DNA of 64,000 nucleotides, from the NCBI RefSeq assembly GCF_009914755.1, contig NC_060934.1; one strand, written 5' to 3'. Position numbers and translations under genes: made by a program. Numbering within the stretch: the first letter of the stretch is position 1; each line of letters starts with the position of its first letter. Below, in pieces: positions 48,120 through 60,800 of the stretch. Source of the DNA: the human T2T-CHM13v2.0 reference genome, Homo sapiens. The notes beneath the pieces are model-generated. The model did not search any database. It was given only the letters and a program-made list of their open reading frames with translations, and had not been told where the DNA came from.

Positions 48120-48365
48120 CACACATTATATATATATAAATACATATATATTACATAAATAAATATGTATATAAATAATACATTATATATATATATATTC
48201 CCTCATTATCTTGTTACAGATTACTAAAATTACTAACAAGAGCCATTTCTTAGGTACAGGTTTCACCCTATCTGTTTTATGAGAAACTCTGACATGGGTG
48301 AGGCCCAGGCATTCATTGGTAGTTTTAAAAAATCTTCTGAGATGATAATAAACAGTTTGAGCTAA
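47815..48365. mobile_element. MER5A-like fragments around a (TG)n/(TA)n microsatellite (48076-48198)
   Basis: 'gtggttctcaaactt..gcatgcattag...ttgttaaaatgcagattcc'; 'gggtgaggcccaggcat'. Confidence 0.6.
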
Positions 48366-49414
48366 TAATCACTCTTTTAGGGCCTTAAAATTGACAAAAT
48401 GAAAACATCTCAGAATGCTTAACACTTTAGCAAGCCAATTTTCGGTCATTGTTAACACCTGAGGGTAAATTATTTGCATTTTTCTTAAGAGGCAATCAGG
48501 TGAGGCAAATTCTCCATAAGAGTAAAATACACAAAAAGGAAAATCAGGTGGAAGAAATTGAGGTGGACAATCTGGCAATGCCTAAGGGAATACTGGCCAA
48601 CCTGAGGTCATCTTGAGGACCAGAAAGGAAAGGTCCAGGATAGGGTTGTTTAAAAGGGAAAAAGAAAGCAAGGAAAGAGGTCAGAGATTTCAGAGGCAAG
48701 TAGTGATGCTAGGTCAATATCTGGCCTGAGACCCTCAGGTTTCTTCTCGGAGGAAAGCAAATTAATGAGGAATGTGTTGAGGGCTGATAGAAGCTAGGTA
48801 ATAGGGAAATCTGGGAAAGAGTACCATCTGTGCCCTGAGCTCTCCCAGCTTTAAGCCATAAACTAGTTCTCTCCCTGAGGTTTCTTGTGTCTTCATGAAT
48901 GGGGTAAAAGTGAGCAGGGCCACTGATCTGGTTGAAAGAGAAAAGCTGATATGGGAGAAGAGGCAGTGTTTAAGGAAGGTGTGAGCTATTTTCAAGTGAG
49001 GAAGGCGTGTTTGAAGAAAGCGGCACTACGGAGGTAATTAAAGCTGTGGCTGAAACCACAGAACTGGCTTGTTCTTAACTGCTATTTGTGGCTAATCACT
49101 TCCAAATAACAAATGAATAGCATGGTAAATGTTAGCAGGATAATTTTCTATTAATCAAGAGTAATGAGTGAGTAGACTAATTCCCTCTTCAAACATCCCT
49201 AATTTTAATGCTGTTGCATGTTGCTGCTTCAGATTGATTACACGGTGATTTAGAGGGAGTGAGGCAGTAGGGAGACTCAAAATAAAAGGCAGGATATTAT
49301 TATTTCCTGCTACATTCATGTAGAACATCAACTTCTCCCACATGAATTCTTGTAGAAGGTGAAGATTGCCTTTCCAAAAATAATTTCAAGTCTGAGAGAC
49401 AATGTCCAAATTTA

Positions 49415-49556
49415 AGAGAGAGAGAAGGTAGGAAAGAGGAAGAGGAAGAAGAAAGAGGAGAAAAACAGGACGAGGAGAAGGAAGGAAGGGGAAGGAAAGG
49501 AAAGAAAGAAGGACAGGGAAGGGAAGGGAAGGAAGGGAGGAAGGGAGGGGAGGGGA
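49415..49556. repeat. Purine-rich (GA/GGAA) low-complexity tract
   Basis: Directly visible. Confidence 0.9.
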
Positions 49557-49999
49557 GTCCTGATTGCAAATGAAGCCATAAAACCTAAATGCATAAAATC
49601 TGCAATAAGTCTACATGTTTTGTCAACTTTATTCACTGTGAGGCTTTAAGCAATTTCCTTAAATGCAATGATATTTTATCTATACACTCATGGTAAAGAA
49701 GTACGCAGAGTTTAGATATTTCACATTACATTAGGCTGACCTCAACAGTCTGGGTCTTGGTCTTCCACAGCACCAGACTTTTCAAGAAATTAGATGTAGT
49801 CCCAGCCCTTCCAAAAGTATTTAATATAATTGGAAAATCAGCCACCTATGAAACAAGAGCAGTAAGTGAGAGTCTATGTAATTCTTCTGCAAAAGATTAG
49901 AAAGAAATTTCTTTATTCTTGTAGTAGTTCAAACAAAGAGGGACTATTGTGGCAACAAGGGTTTCATAGTTCATATGAAGTTGCTGGATGTAATTTGAA

Positions 50000-50463
50000 G
50001 ACATGGTGCGATGTCTTTTTCACTCGTCCACAGCTACTCTCCACCCTTCTCCATTCACCTCTTTGCTGCAGGAGACTGATGTTTGGATTACATTAATGGG
50101 TCCTTTTGCCTTCCAGTCTCTTATGGCCTTTGGTCATTGAAGAGCCCCTGAAGGAGATAGGAGGAGGAGTGTGTAGTTGGTATTTATCTTCTGTCTCCTT
50201 GTAAGCTTGCACTTAGGAGCTTTCCAACCTCAGAACAATTTCTATTATGGTCCCTCTGCACTCTCTCCTGTTTGGTTTTAGTACCACTTCCCTTCTCCCC
50301 TTTTATTTAACCAAGAAATGACAGAGGTAGAGCAGAGTGTTACTATCTCCTATGATTTCCCTAAACACTGCCCACATGTTTGTAAACAGTCTCTTTATTA
50401 AATTCTTCTTGAATTATTCTAATTTGAGAGTGTCTTCTGTTTCCTGCGTTACTAGCTAACACA
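50000..50463 (+). mobile_element. LTR33-like ERVL solo LTR
   Basis: 'ctctccacccttctcca', 'ccctaaacactgcccacatgtttgtaaacagtctctttattaaattctt...aatttgagagtgtcttctgtttcctg'. Confidence 0.7.
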
Positions 50464-50977
50464 CATAGACTTGGAGATAAGAAGGTGGGCATATCAGAGA
50501 GTCGGAGTAACCTTGAAGATGCATTTAATTTACAGCAAGTTTGCCTAATACAGGGTACTAGCTCATTGCTCTACAGGAAGTTAATGACTAAGTTGAAGGA
50601 AAATAAGATTTTAAAATAATCTAATACAAGATCATAAAGATGTTTCAAATGCAGAGTTTTGCTAGATTTGAACCAACTTCCTTTCTTTTATCAAAGCAAT
50701 ATGAAAAGCTAAGATATCCCTGTTCAGAACATTTGGTTTGAAAGGAGATGAAGGTAGCAAGAGGATTAGAAGAGACTCTGAAGACTGCCTTTAAAAGAAC
50801 CATGTTTATTTTAAAATTTCTGTCCTCTTATAAATCATCATAATCGAGCTGCAGGTGTGAAGCATCAGCCTACTCCTCTGCAATCCTGGGGATTATGAGA
50901 ATCAGGCAGAAGTTTCCATGGATGAAATTCATGCCATGGCTTTCCTTTCAGGAATGCATATTTTGGGATGAAAGTGA

Positions 50978-51316
<339 letters not shown>

Positions 51317-51819
51317 TTTGATTATTCATTTATTTGATCATTTTTCCATTCATGTATTTATGTATTCATTTGTGTATTTAAGGAAACAAATCTAAATGCA
51401 GTTGCATGTGGCAATGACATCTAGCCTCTCAAATGTCAGGAGGGTGATATATATGTGTGTAGGAATAGACAAGACCAGTGTTTTCTTCCAGCAGTTCTAA
51501 CCAATTTGTTTAGCTTGATGGACAGATGCAGGGTGCAGGGCTCTTTATCATACTTAAGAGAAACATTGACAAGCTGAACCATAAAAAGGAGAGCCCGGTG
51601 GATAGCTAAACAGTAGGAAAACATGTAAGGTTAACTGCATTTAGGAAAACCAGCAAGACCAGGCGTGGCACCTCTATCATTCTTTATGTTTACCTGTGCA
51701 AGATATTATTTTGAATGAAGTAAATCCCTCAAAAGGAAAGTGTTGACTTTTTTCTCCTGTAAATATTTTCCCCAAGAGTTTTGTGATCTTTGACATACAG
51801 ATCAAAATATATACCTTTC

Positions 51820-52520
51820 TTTGAGTCAGTTAGAGCCAGGTTAGAATCCAAGGTTTGAAATATCCTACCTCAAGCAACTTTATTTTCCTCTCTGAAATTA
51901 ATTTTTCTTACCTGAAAAAAAATGGGGTAATAAAACATTTCATTAAGTACTAAGGATTAAATGCAGTAACGTTTATAAAATGCTTGACAAGGCACCCAGT
52001 GATAGAGGACAGATGGAACTGTTGCTCTAGTTGCTGTTTAAAACACTATTCATATGCAGCTTCCAAGAATCTGACCACAAGCAATGGTAGCAAGAAGAGA
52101 CATGAACACAGAAACACAGAAATGATAGCTATTGTAGAATTTCAACCTCCAACCTTTGTGAAGCTTTTCTTCAGTATTCTGTTTCTGCAGGTTCTGGGCA
52201 CCTATATTGGTGATGAGGAACTTATTACCCATTCATTCAGTCACTGATTAAATTTTTTAGCAGCTTTAGGCATGAAGATTTAACTGAGGTTACAGAGATA
52301 TAATGGTAGAATGGAAAGTGTAAGTTTTAGAGTCAGTCATAAACTGAGATAAACACTACTATGCCATTCACTAGCTGAGTGACCATAATAAGAAAGAAAT
52401 ATCTCTTGTCTACTTTTTTTAAGGGTAAAATCGCAACCTTTAGTTCACAAATGGATGAGATGAAATATGAACATTTTTAAGTACACCTGTTCAAATATAA
52501 TGGGTACTTATTTTTAGTTT
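51820..52520 (+). mobile_element. Two MIR fragments (~51820-52030, ~52300-52520)
   Basis: 'cctctctgaaattaatttttcttacctgaaaaaaaatggggtaataa'; 'ttttagagtcag...ccattcactagctgagtgacc'. Confidence 0.6.
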
Positions 52521-54803
52521 GCTTCCTTCTTTCTTTCCTTCTGTTGAGGCAAAAATCTGCCTGTTTGTATCTCAACCATTTATCCTCCATTCAGCTCTGG
52601 ATCAATGTGGATTAAATTGAGTTTCACTTTCATGATCAGTTATTCTCTGTTCTTTTATTTGTCTCTCTTTAAAAGTAAATAAACTCTAGGTTCTATTCCA
52701 TTCCTGCAGGAACATGATTGCTAGGATGCTAAGGGAAAGAGATGCAGTATTTGTGTATGATTAAGGAGTATAAATTGACTTTATATATTATGCAAATATC
52801 AAGGCTTGGGAGACAAAGAACCTTCTAAAACATACACTTTTGGTAATGCGTCTCTATGACCTGCATTCCCAGACCAGCAGACATCCCATAAGATGGAAGA
52901 GAGTAAGTTTCTTATTCTTACAATAAATCTTTGTTATGTAACTAAAACTCCCTGAAAAACAAGCAATAAGAGAAAACACTACCTGTATTACTACTACCTG
53001 CCTCACAAACAGCACAGGCTAATGTTAGTGACACATTTTGTCTGTTTTCATCCTTCATTTGTATACTTGGCCTTGCAAATAGAGTACTTTGAATAAACAT
53101 TATAGCCATATTTATGAGTTTTCTTGCTAAGTGCTTCTCTCGGAGATGCATTATCAGGCATTCAACATAAACCACAGAGATAGAGTCATTTATCCTTGTT
53201 AGGCCAGCAAACAGAGGGAAATTGTTCTTCCCCACCATCCTGGACCCACAAGAGCCTTTATCTAAAACTAAGGCAATTCAGAAAGACCAGTTCCCAGCTG
53301 ATGAAGTAGGAAGTTATGAAAATTTTTCAAAAATAATTAAAAACCTAGATACTGGCTATTGCAAGGTTGAGAAGAAATGAGCTGCCAAAGAGTTCATAAT
53401 CACTGGGTGTCTAGGATGGGCCACAGTCTGCCATAGGTAATTCCCATGCATTGTATTCTGTGATGTACAGATCTATCACGTCAGGTCCTATTGTGGGGTG
53501 AGTGTTATTATCCCCATTTTGTAGATGAGGGGAAAAACAACCTGTTAGGGGAGAGTAGATGGAAAGGGAGGATGGTGACTGGGAGTGACAAAAGAAAATA
53601 TTGAAGAAAATAAGAGGAAAAAAACCTATTTTCCCCCTAGTCCTTCTGTGTGTCATATATTGCTTATTCTTGTCCTAGAAGTATGTAAACAATGTTTTAT
53701 CTTTGTGAAACAAAAGGTGTTTGAAATGCCTCTGAACATTTAAAGTACTTTAAAGATCACCTACAGCATTGTCCACATCTATTAAGAAAGGAGGATGGAG
53801 GGAAAGAAGAAGGAAGGGAAGGAGGGAAGAAGGAGGGAAAAAGAACAGAAGGAAAAAAAGGAGGGAAGGATCTAATAACATCCCCAAAGATTGTCTGTTA
53901 TCAGGATAATGGCTGAAATATCTTGTAAAAGCGAACATAAACCCAAGCCTAGACCCACAGTCCTTCTGCAATGACTAAATCAGGCTTTGATGAACACCTA
54001 TGGGAAGTAGCATTTTAGATCTGTTTTATCTCTCTTGTGACATTAGGGCCATTTGTTTCCAGTTGCCTATTGTTCATGTCTACAGTCAGGACCTAATCAT
54101 GTCTGAATAGAAGAGAAAAATCCAAAATTCTCTCTGATCATAATACATTGTCAGTAAAGCTGAATATAACTCCAATATTCAAAGAAAAGCAGCCAATAAA
54201 TCTGTGCAAACTCTTGGTTAAAAAAAATCTTATGGTTGTTATTTTTCCCCTTAAACAAGTACAGTTTGATTTCTATAATGACACTAATTCTAATGTATTT
54301 CGTTTCTTAATTCCCTCTATGATTAGTCATCCTTGGAAATAACAACTAGGCAAGTAGCTTGGGATTACATTTCTCATTAGGACATTAATGCATATTGTGA
54401 ACTGTGATAGCCTAATGCTTCCATCTCCAGGTAACACACTTAGCTCACACAGCTCTCTTTATGGTCTGGCAAGTCTGTTCACTGGTGTTTGTGTTGCTAC
54501 TAACTCTCTGATCTGCAGCACTATTTCAGTTGTACTTGGCATTTGGATAGCTGCCTTGAGACCTAGACTGCCTCATTAGTAATTTTTTTATTCAAACATA
54601 TTCTATAGCAACTACCATTTAACATTACGGTGAATTTTTTCATTTTTTAATGCTCATAATCCATTATACTCGCTATAAATTGGCAGGGATAAGGGTCAAC
54701 TAATATTTTTCCGACGTTGGTAATTTCCCCTTATTCTTAACTCACTTAAATCACTGTGATTCATCACATGGTTCAGAAAAACAAAATGAATACAAACTTT
54801 AGA

Positions 54804-54809
54804 TGTGTG

Positions 54810-54861
<52 letters not shown>
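54804..54861. repeat. (TG)n microsatellite
   Basis: Directly visible. Confidence 0.96.
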
Positions 54862-54863
<2 letters not shown>

Positions 54864-55084
54864 GACAGACCAAATGTGTATTTCTGTCATGGCTTTGTAA
54901 AGATCCCTTTATGTGTTTACACCGTGACATAATATCCAAGTTTCTCCATTCTGGGGTTAAAACTAAACTCTTTTGACTTGATTAACCCATTATATACTGC
55001 CTAATTTATTGTATAACTTTAGGCAATTTTAAGATACTTCTCTGAAAGGCTGTTGTTATTACTGTGCTGGATTATTGAGAAGTA

Positions 55085-57110
55085 TATGAGTCAGCAGAAT
55101 TAATGCTAGCTGCTTCAGTAACAAACGCTAAAATTTCATGGCTTGACCGAATAAAACTTTATTATTTCTTGCTTTCATAAAGGCCAATATAAATGTCCTA
55201 TATTGGACAGTTCTTCTTGGCAGCTACCCTTTAAAGCAGTGACTCTGCGACCTGGGCTCCTTTTGTCTATTCTATAAGTTGTGAGCTCCCGTAAGTCCTT
55301 GGAGTTCTTCAAGGATTCTCTTCATCTGTCGAGCCAGTGATTCCGTATGAGAGATTTTGTGAGAGGTGTTTAGAGCTCATAATTGGAAAAACCATATGTC
55401 ATTTCCCCTGATATTTCTTAGCCCACACCTGATTCACATTGTCTCACCATCTATAAGGCAGCTTCCAAAGGTAGTTTGGCTATATGCCCAAAAAGAAATG
55501 AAAAAGTGTAGAGGGCAAAGAGTAGCGTCTCCGTTATGCTCTACCAATACACAGCATGTATTTAGCAGCACCCAAGGAAGACATCCCAAAGTTCCATCCA
55601 GGCACTGCATCCAGCAGGACTGCTGGGTAATGAGACACTTTCTCCACCTCACTAGATGTGGCTCTTCTTGGTCTTCTACCTATGACTTAAAGAGACAAGC
55701 TACTTCCTTCCCCACAGTCCCATCCCCCACCGGCCACAAAAGCTCATATGTAATGGCAGATCAGGGTCAGGATAACCACAGTGATACTACCACTTAGAAA
55801 ACTGAAGAAAGAAGCACAGATAATTCACTCACTTGCTTTGACATCTTGTGTTTTCACATGGTCTTCCTTCTGTACCAGTCTGTGTCCAAATTTCCTCTTC
55901 TGTATGGACATCAGTCACATTGTATTGAGACCCGCTCTAATGACAGCTTAACTTGATTACCTCTATAATACCTGATCTCCAAATAAGGTACATTCTAAGG
56001 TACTGGGGGCCAGGACTTCAAGGCATGAATTTGGGGGGCACACAGTCCAACCCATGACACTGTCTTTTGATTACAATTAGTTTCATATGCCAATACCCAC
56101 ATTTGTATTTCCTTCTGAAACTTAAGTTTTCAAGCATCCCTTATTTGTTGTTTCCTCAACCCTATGTCTTTCTCTCTCTCAAGACAATGGTGGCTGACAT
56201 TGAATGGGAAGCCACACTCTTTATTAGGTAACTGTTTTTGGACATTTTATTCATCTGAGTTTTATTTGGCCATTGACACTCAAAACCTTTCAAAATTCCA
56301 TCTTATTGTTTGTGTCTAGAAGCAGATGGCTTTCCTAGCAATAAAGTCCTTGCTTTCTATCTCTTTGTTTCCTTTCATTTCTGTTTGCAAACCAGCCAGG
56401 GTTTTCCTGAGTTCATCTCTTTCTTGTAATATTGCAATACCTTGTCAAAGCAGCCAGTAGTATCCAATACACGCTAACTGTTGATTCTTCTAATTATTTC
56501 CACTAGAGCTGCTGGCTCAGCAAGCACGTGGCTTGCCTTCAACACAATCACAAGTGATAGTTATACAAAATGTTTACCGCTGAATAATATGAGTTCTATC
56601 TTATCAGACTTCAATATCAATTTCCTTGCTGCTTATCATCCAACCTATAAGGCAACTACCACATATTTAATTTTTGCATTTTAGCAGCACTCTTTTTCTA
56701 GTTAAGCAGTTGCTATATTAGTCGAGTTTAATAATACTCACTGCTACAAAATAGCAATGACATCTAAGTTCTTAGCATTACTGAACTTTACTGCTCATGA
56801 AAGTTCATCAGTTAATATCAATCATCACCATCAGCTTTCCTGAGTAGCTCTCCTCCATAGAATCCAGGCTCCAGTCATCCAGTAGTTACCACGGGTCTCA
56901 GAATCCTTTCCTGGATTCTCTCTGCATCCAGCCAGCCAATGAGAAGGGTGGGAGGCAGGGGCATGTGGAAGTTACCAAGGACAAGCTCTGAAAATGGCAT
57001 ATGTTACTCCCACCCACATTTCATTGACCATACTTAGTTCCATGGTCCTGCCTAACTTGAAGAGGCTGGAAAATATTTTTCTCTTTAAAGGAATGATTTG
57101 GTGAGTTCAT
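55085..57110 (-). mobile_element. Old MLT1 (K/J/L-like) MaLR element with two LTRs and internal region
   Basis: Two related LTR-like blocks (~55085-55520 and ~56714-57110) around ~1.2 kb internal sequence ending in the MaLR-type junction 'tagcagcactctttttctagtt'. Confidence 0.6.
55840..56059 (-). mobile_element. MLT1B/C-like LTR fragment nested in the older MLT1
   Basis: 'tccaaatttcctcttc...ttaacttgattacctct...tccaaataaggtacattctaaggtactggggg...caacccatgaca'. Confidence 0.8.
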
Positions 57111-58740
57111 AATTCTAAGACAAAGGAGAATCAAATAAAATAACGTGTAGAACCCTTGACACACACAGGAGGCATTCAATAAATATTGGTTACCAGTAGA
57201 GAAGATATTTTACGCACTGACTGGTCTCAATAAAGGCCTGAATACTCTCTATTACATATCAGCATGGTTTAATCAAATATATCATTAGAAATAGGGTGAC
57301 ATTTTCACTTATTGAAATTCTGACAGCTCACAAATCCTAAAATACAGGATCCACTGTGAAAAGCAAAGAAGTGAATTGCATTCACTTTTGCATGCATACA
57401 GATTTGCATGCAGTCACACACATATACATGTACTCTAAGAGACCAGCTAATAAATTACTACAATTTTCTTTCAGTGTGTTTTAAGAAACCTTTCTCAATA
57501 TATCTTTGGTTAACTGTGTAATTCTGCCTTCCATTTAGACTAGAGAAAGGGTAGATGTAATGTCTATGAAATAGCTTTCTATTGTCATCAGAATAAGGAA
57601 CACTTAACTATACAGAGATGAAAACATTTCCTTTTTCTCCCTGTTCTGGAATATCAGTGAGAAGTATAGGCTGTCACTGAAAATTTCTCCCTCTGCCTGG
57701 ATCTACATAGGCTGTGTCCATGTAAGATTCTGTGGGCTTCTTGTGTACTGAGTGTGTGTATGAGAAAGAAAAGTTTATCTCTAGAACAAATACTATCTGA
57801 TCTTTACAGAATTAGGTAGAGGAAAGAATGCCAACCAAATGCAATAATAATGTTAATGAAGCTAATAGCTGGGGAGAAATTTCTGGGAATGTCAATCATG
57901 AGGAAAAATGTCAGAAAAAGACATTAATGTCCCCTTATAGAAGAAGGCTCAGATGGAATTGACATTTGGAACAGCTAGTAAAGGGCAGACTTTTCCACAA
58001 TATTGTCCCATTTAAATCAAATACACTGTCGACAGACAAGGTCCCCCAAAACAGTCAATTGAGTTTCTACTGATTTTGGGCCTAAAAATTTTAGGTAAAG
58101 TAAATCTCAAGCATGCAGAAATTTGGTGTGAATCTCAGAAAAGAAAAAAAAATCCTGAAGCCAGTTGTTTGTCCCATTATCTTCCTCCTCATGTGATTAC
58201 AAGAACATATTTCTTCTCCTTTTTTAGAAGCAACGCTTTTGATTCCAGTCTTTTTGCTTTCATCTGGTTCACTTTATCTCCTTCGAGTCAAGGTATTTAC
58301 AAGTCTAAGGACTATTTTCATAATTTTAGTACAGTTAAGACTACATTTGCCATAAAGGTAGTATCTTGAGAGATATAAAAAGGACTTCAAATATTCAGAA
58401 ACTTAGTTGCACACTAAAAATGTTCAACTTAGTTTTTTTGTTCACTTAAGTGAACAAACATCTTGAATATCATTTGAGAGCAGTAAAATTCAGGACATCA
58501 GAGAAGGAGTACAACTAAAAGAAGAGAAAGGGTCATGGCCTCATAAGTCAAAATACTAATTTATAAGGGGTCAAAAGAACTAAATTACAGAAAAGAGAAG
58601 GAAATACATGGGAATACTTTTAAAGACATGAGGTATGGATTACAGTTAAGCCAAACTTAAGCTAAAGGTATCAAAGATGAGATTGATGGGAACAGATGGA
58701 TCTTAGAGGCATCACATTAAGGAATTAAAAAAAATTTACA

Positions 58741-59047
58741 GGCCAGGTGCGGTGGCTCACGCCTGTAATCCCAGCACTTTGGGAGGCCGAGGCAGGCGGA
58801 TCGCGAGGTCAGAAGATCGAGACCATCCTGGCTAACATAGTGAAACCCCATCTCTACTAAAAATACAAAAAATTAGCCGGGCGTGGTGGCGGGTGCCTGT
58901 AGTCCCAGCTACTTGGGAGGCTGAGGCAGGAGAATGGTGTGAAACCCGGGAGGCGGAGCTTGCAGTGAGCCGAGATTGTGCCACTGCACTCTAGCCTGGG
59001 CGACAGAGCGAGACTCCGTCTCAAAAAAAAAAAAAAAAAAAAAAAAA
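58741..59047 (+). mobile_element. AluY with TSD
   Basis: 'gatcgagaccatcctggctaac','ggagcttgcagtgagccgag'; polyA tail; TSD (a)7-8tttaca on both sides. Confidence 0.96.
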
Positions 59048-59142
59048 TTTACAACTTCCACTGAGGCCATGGGAAGGAGAGTGGTACATAGAAAATTACC
59101 TCTAGGAGAGATGAACTTACTATGCAGTCTTGTCTTTATTTT

Positions 59143-59352
59143 GGATTCTCAACCATGGCACTACTGGCATTTTGGGCCAGATAATTTGTTTTAGGGGCCT
59201 CACCTGTGCATTGTGGGTTGTTTAACAGCACTCCTGGCTTCTACCTATTATATGCCAGTAGCACCTCCCCAGTTGCAACAACCAAAAATGTCTCCAGATG
59301 TTGCTGAATGCACTCTGGGGAGGCAAAATTTCCCCTGGTTGAGAAACACTTG
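59143..59352. mobile_element. MER20
   Basis: 'ttctcaaccatggcactactggcattttgggccagataatt...caaccaaaaatgtctccagatgttgc...ctggttgagaaacact'. Confidence 0.88.
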
Positions 59353-59838
59353 TTTAGAGGAATTTTATTCAGAAAGTGGGAATGGCTGGACAATTCCTTT
59401 TCCTTTCCTCAAAGCTGTTCAATATTTGAATCTTCCATGAACTCTCTTTTGGGCAAACAAGTTTTCTTTATTTGATTTGCTATGGCCACTCGGAATTTAT
59501 TTATGATTTTCATCTCCATCTTCTAATGCCTTTTTCACGTTTAGTTTTGTTTTCAAAATTACCCCACATTCTCTGTACCAGTCATCATTTTAGATGATAG
59601 CCTCCTCCTGGCCATAACTCTTCTGTATCATTTGTTTGTTACACCTTACGGGCCTTTTAGTCTTTCTCTACACAGTAATAGCCAAATCAATACTATGTAT
59701 ACCTGAACATTCCAAGTGTGTCTAGTCCAATATAGAAACTCTTAGATATCTTGGTAGAAACACTGATCAAGTCCTAGTCACAGATGCTTTTCTTCCTATT
59801 TATCTGTATATTTCTATTTGGATTCAAAGAGCATCATA

Positions 59839-60489
59839 CAGTCTGTTCTGTTACAATGTGTTTCCTTAAAGTAAAACATTTCATACTGGTTGGCAAATAG
59901 GGATATAATGTCAAACAATGTACAAGTCATGTTGGTTCATTTTTTTCCCCAGAACTTTAATAGTTGGCCCCATTAAGTAACAGTAATTGAATTCAAAGTA
60001 CATGAGCATAGTGGAATACAGCAGTCAGCTGAGGATTGTAATACTGTACACTATGACTTTTCACTCTATGTACTTCATCTTGCCTCAGTTTGGCTTCATG
60101 CTCTGTCTTAAAGTTTTAATTATATGTTTTGCCTCATCTCTGTGCACTTTGTCCTTGAACTCATAAGTTTCAACCTTTCCTTACACAGGCTTCTATCAAT
60201 AAATATTCATCCCCTAGCCCCTTTATTTTTATAGGTAAAATCTTCTATGTACTGTAGTATTCCTTCATTTATTTGTAATTTAACATTTAACATTCCTTTT
60301 AAACCATGCTAGTATTTTCATCATCATTATTGTTTATTCATATACTTCTCTGATTACAAAGTTACACAGGTTATGAGTGAGCTGCTTGATCCCAAATTTT
60401 TCCTTAAGGCTTGTGATAGTGCTTCATTATATAGAAATAGAGGAAATATTTTCAGGAATGTACGTATTGGTTTTTAACAGAAACACCTG
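59839..60489. mobile_element. Ancient TcMar/Tigger-like non-autonomous DNA element (subfamily not assigned)
   Basis: Degenerate TIRs cagtctgttctgttacaa and (rc) caggtgtttctgttaaaa (13/18); TA on the left flank. Confidence 0.5.
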
Positions 60490-60699
60490 AACTTGAAAAA
60501 TGATTTCATCCAACTTTCATTTTTCACCCATTTTGTAAATACAAAAACTGAGACCCATGGGTGATGATCGTGGTACAAGTTGTTTCTTGCTTGATTCTGG
60601 CCATGACACAGCAGCATTTTGTATGCTGCTACAGTATATTTCCCAAGTTTAGATTTGCTGCTATAACTATCCTTCTTTCTTTTTTCTTTTATTTTGGCT

Positions 60700-60800
60700 T
60701 ATTACCTTGTAAAAGAGTTCTGATACATTAGTAGCTTTTATTGAAAGCCACCTCCAATCTGTTTTGGAAAATAGGCAATATATAAATAGTAAATAAATAA
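60700..60800 (+). mobile_element. Ancient LINE 3' end (L4/RTE-X-like)
   Basis: 'tttattgaaagccacctccaatctgttttggaaaataggcaatatataaat..aaataaataa' resembles the recalled L4 terminus. Confidence 0.45.

Noticed and set aside
55366-55797. 143-aa ORF
   Set aside because: Spans an MLT1 LTR/internal junction, starts at GTG and shows no known domain.
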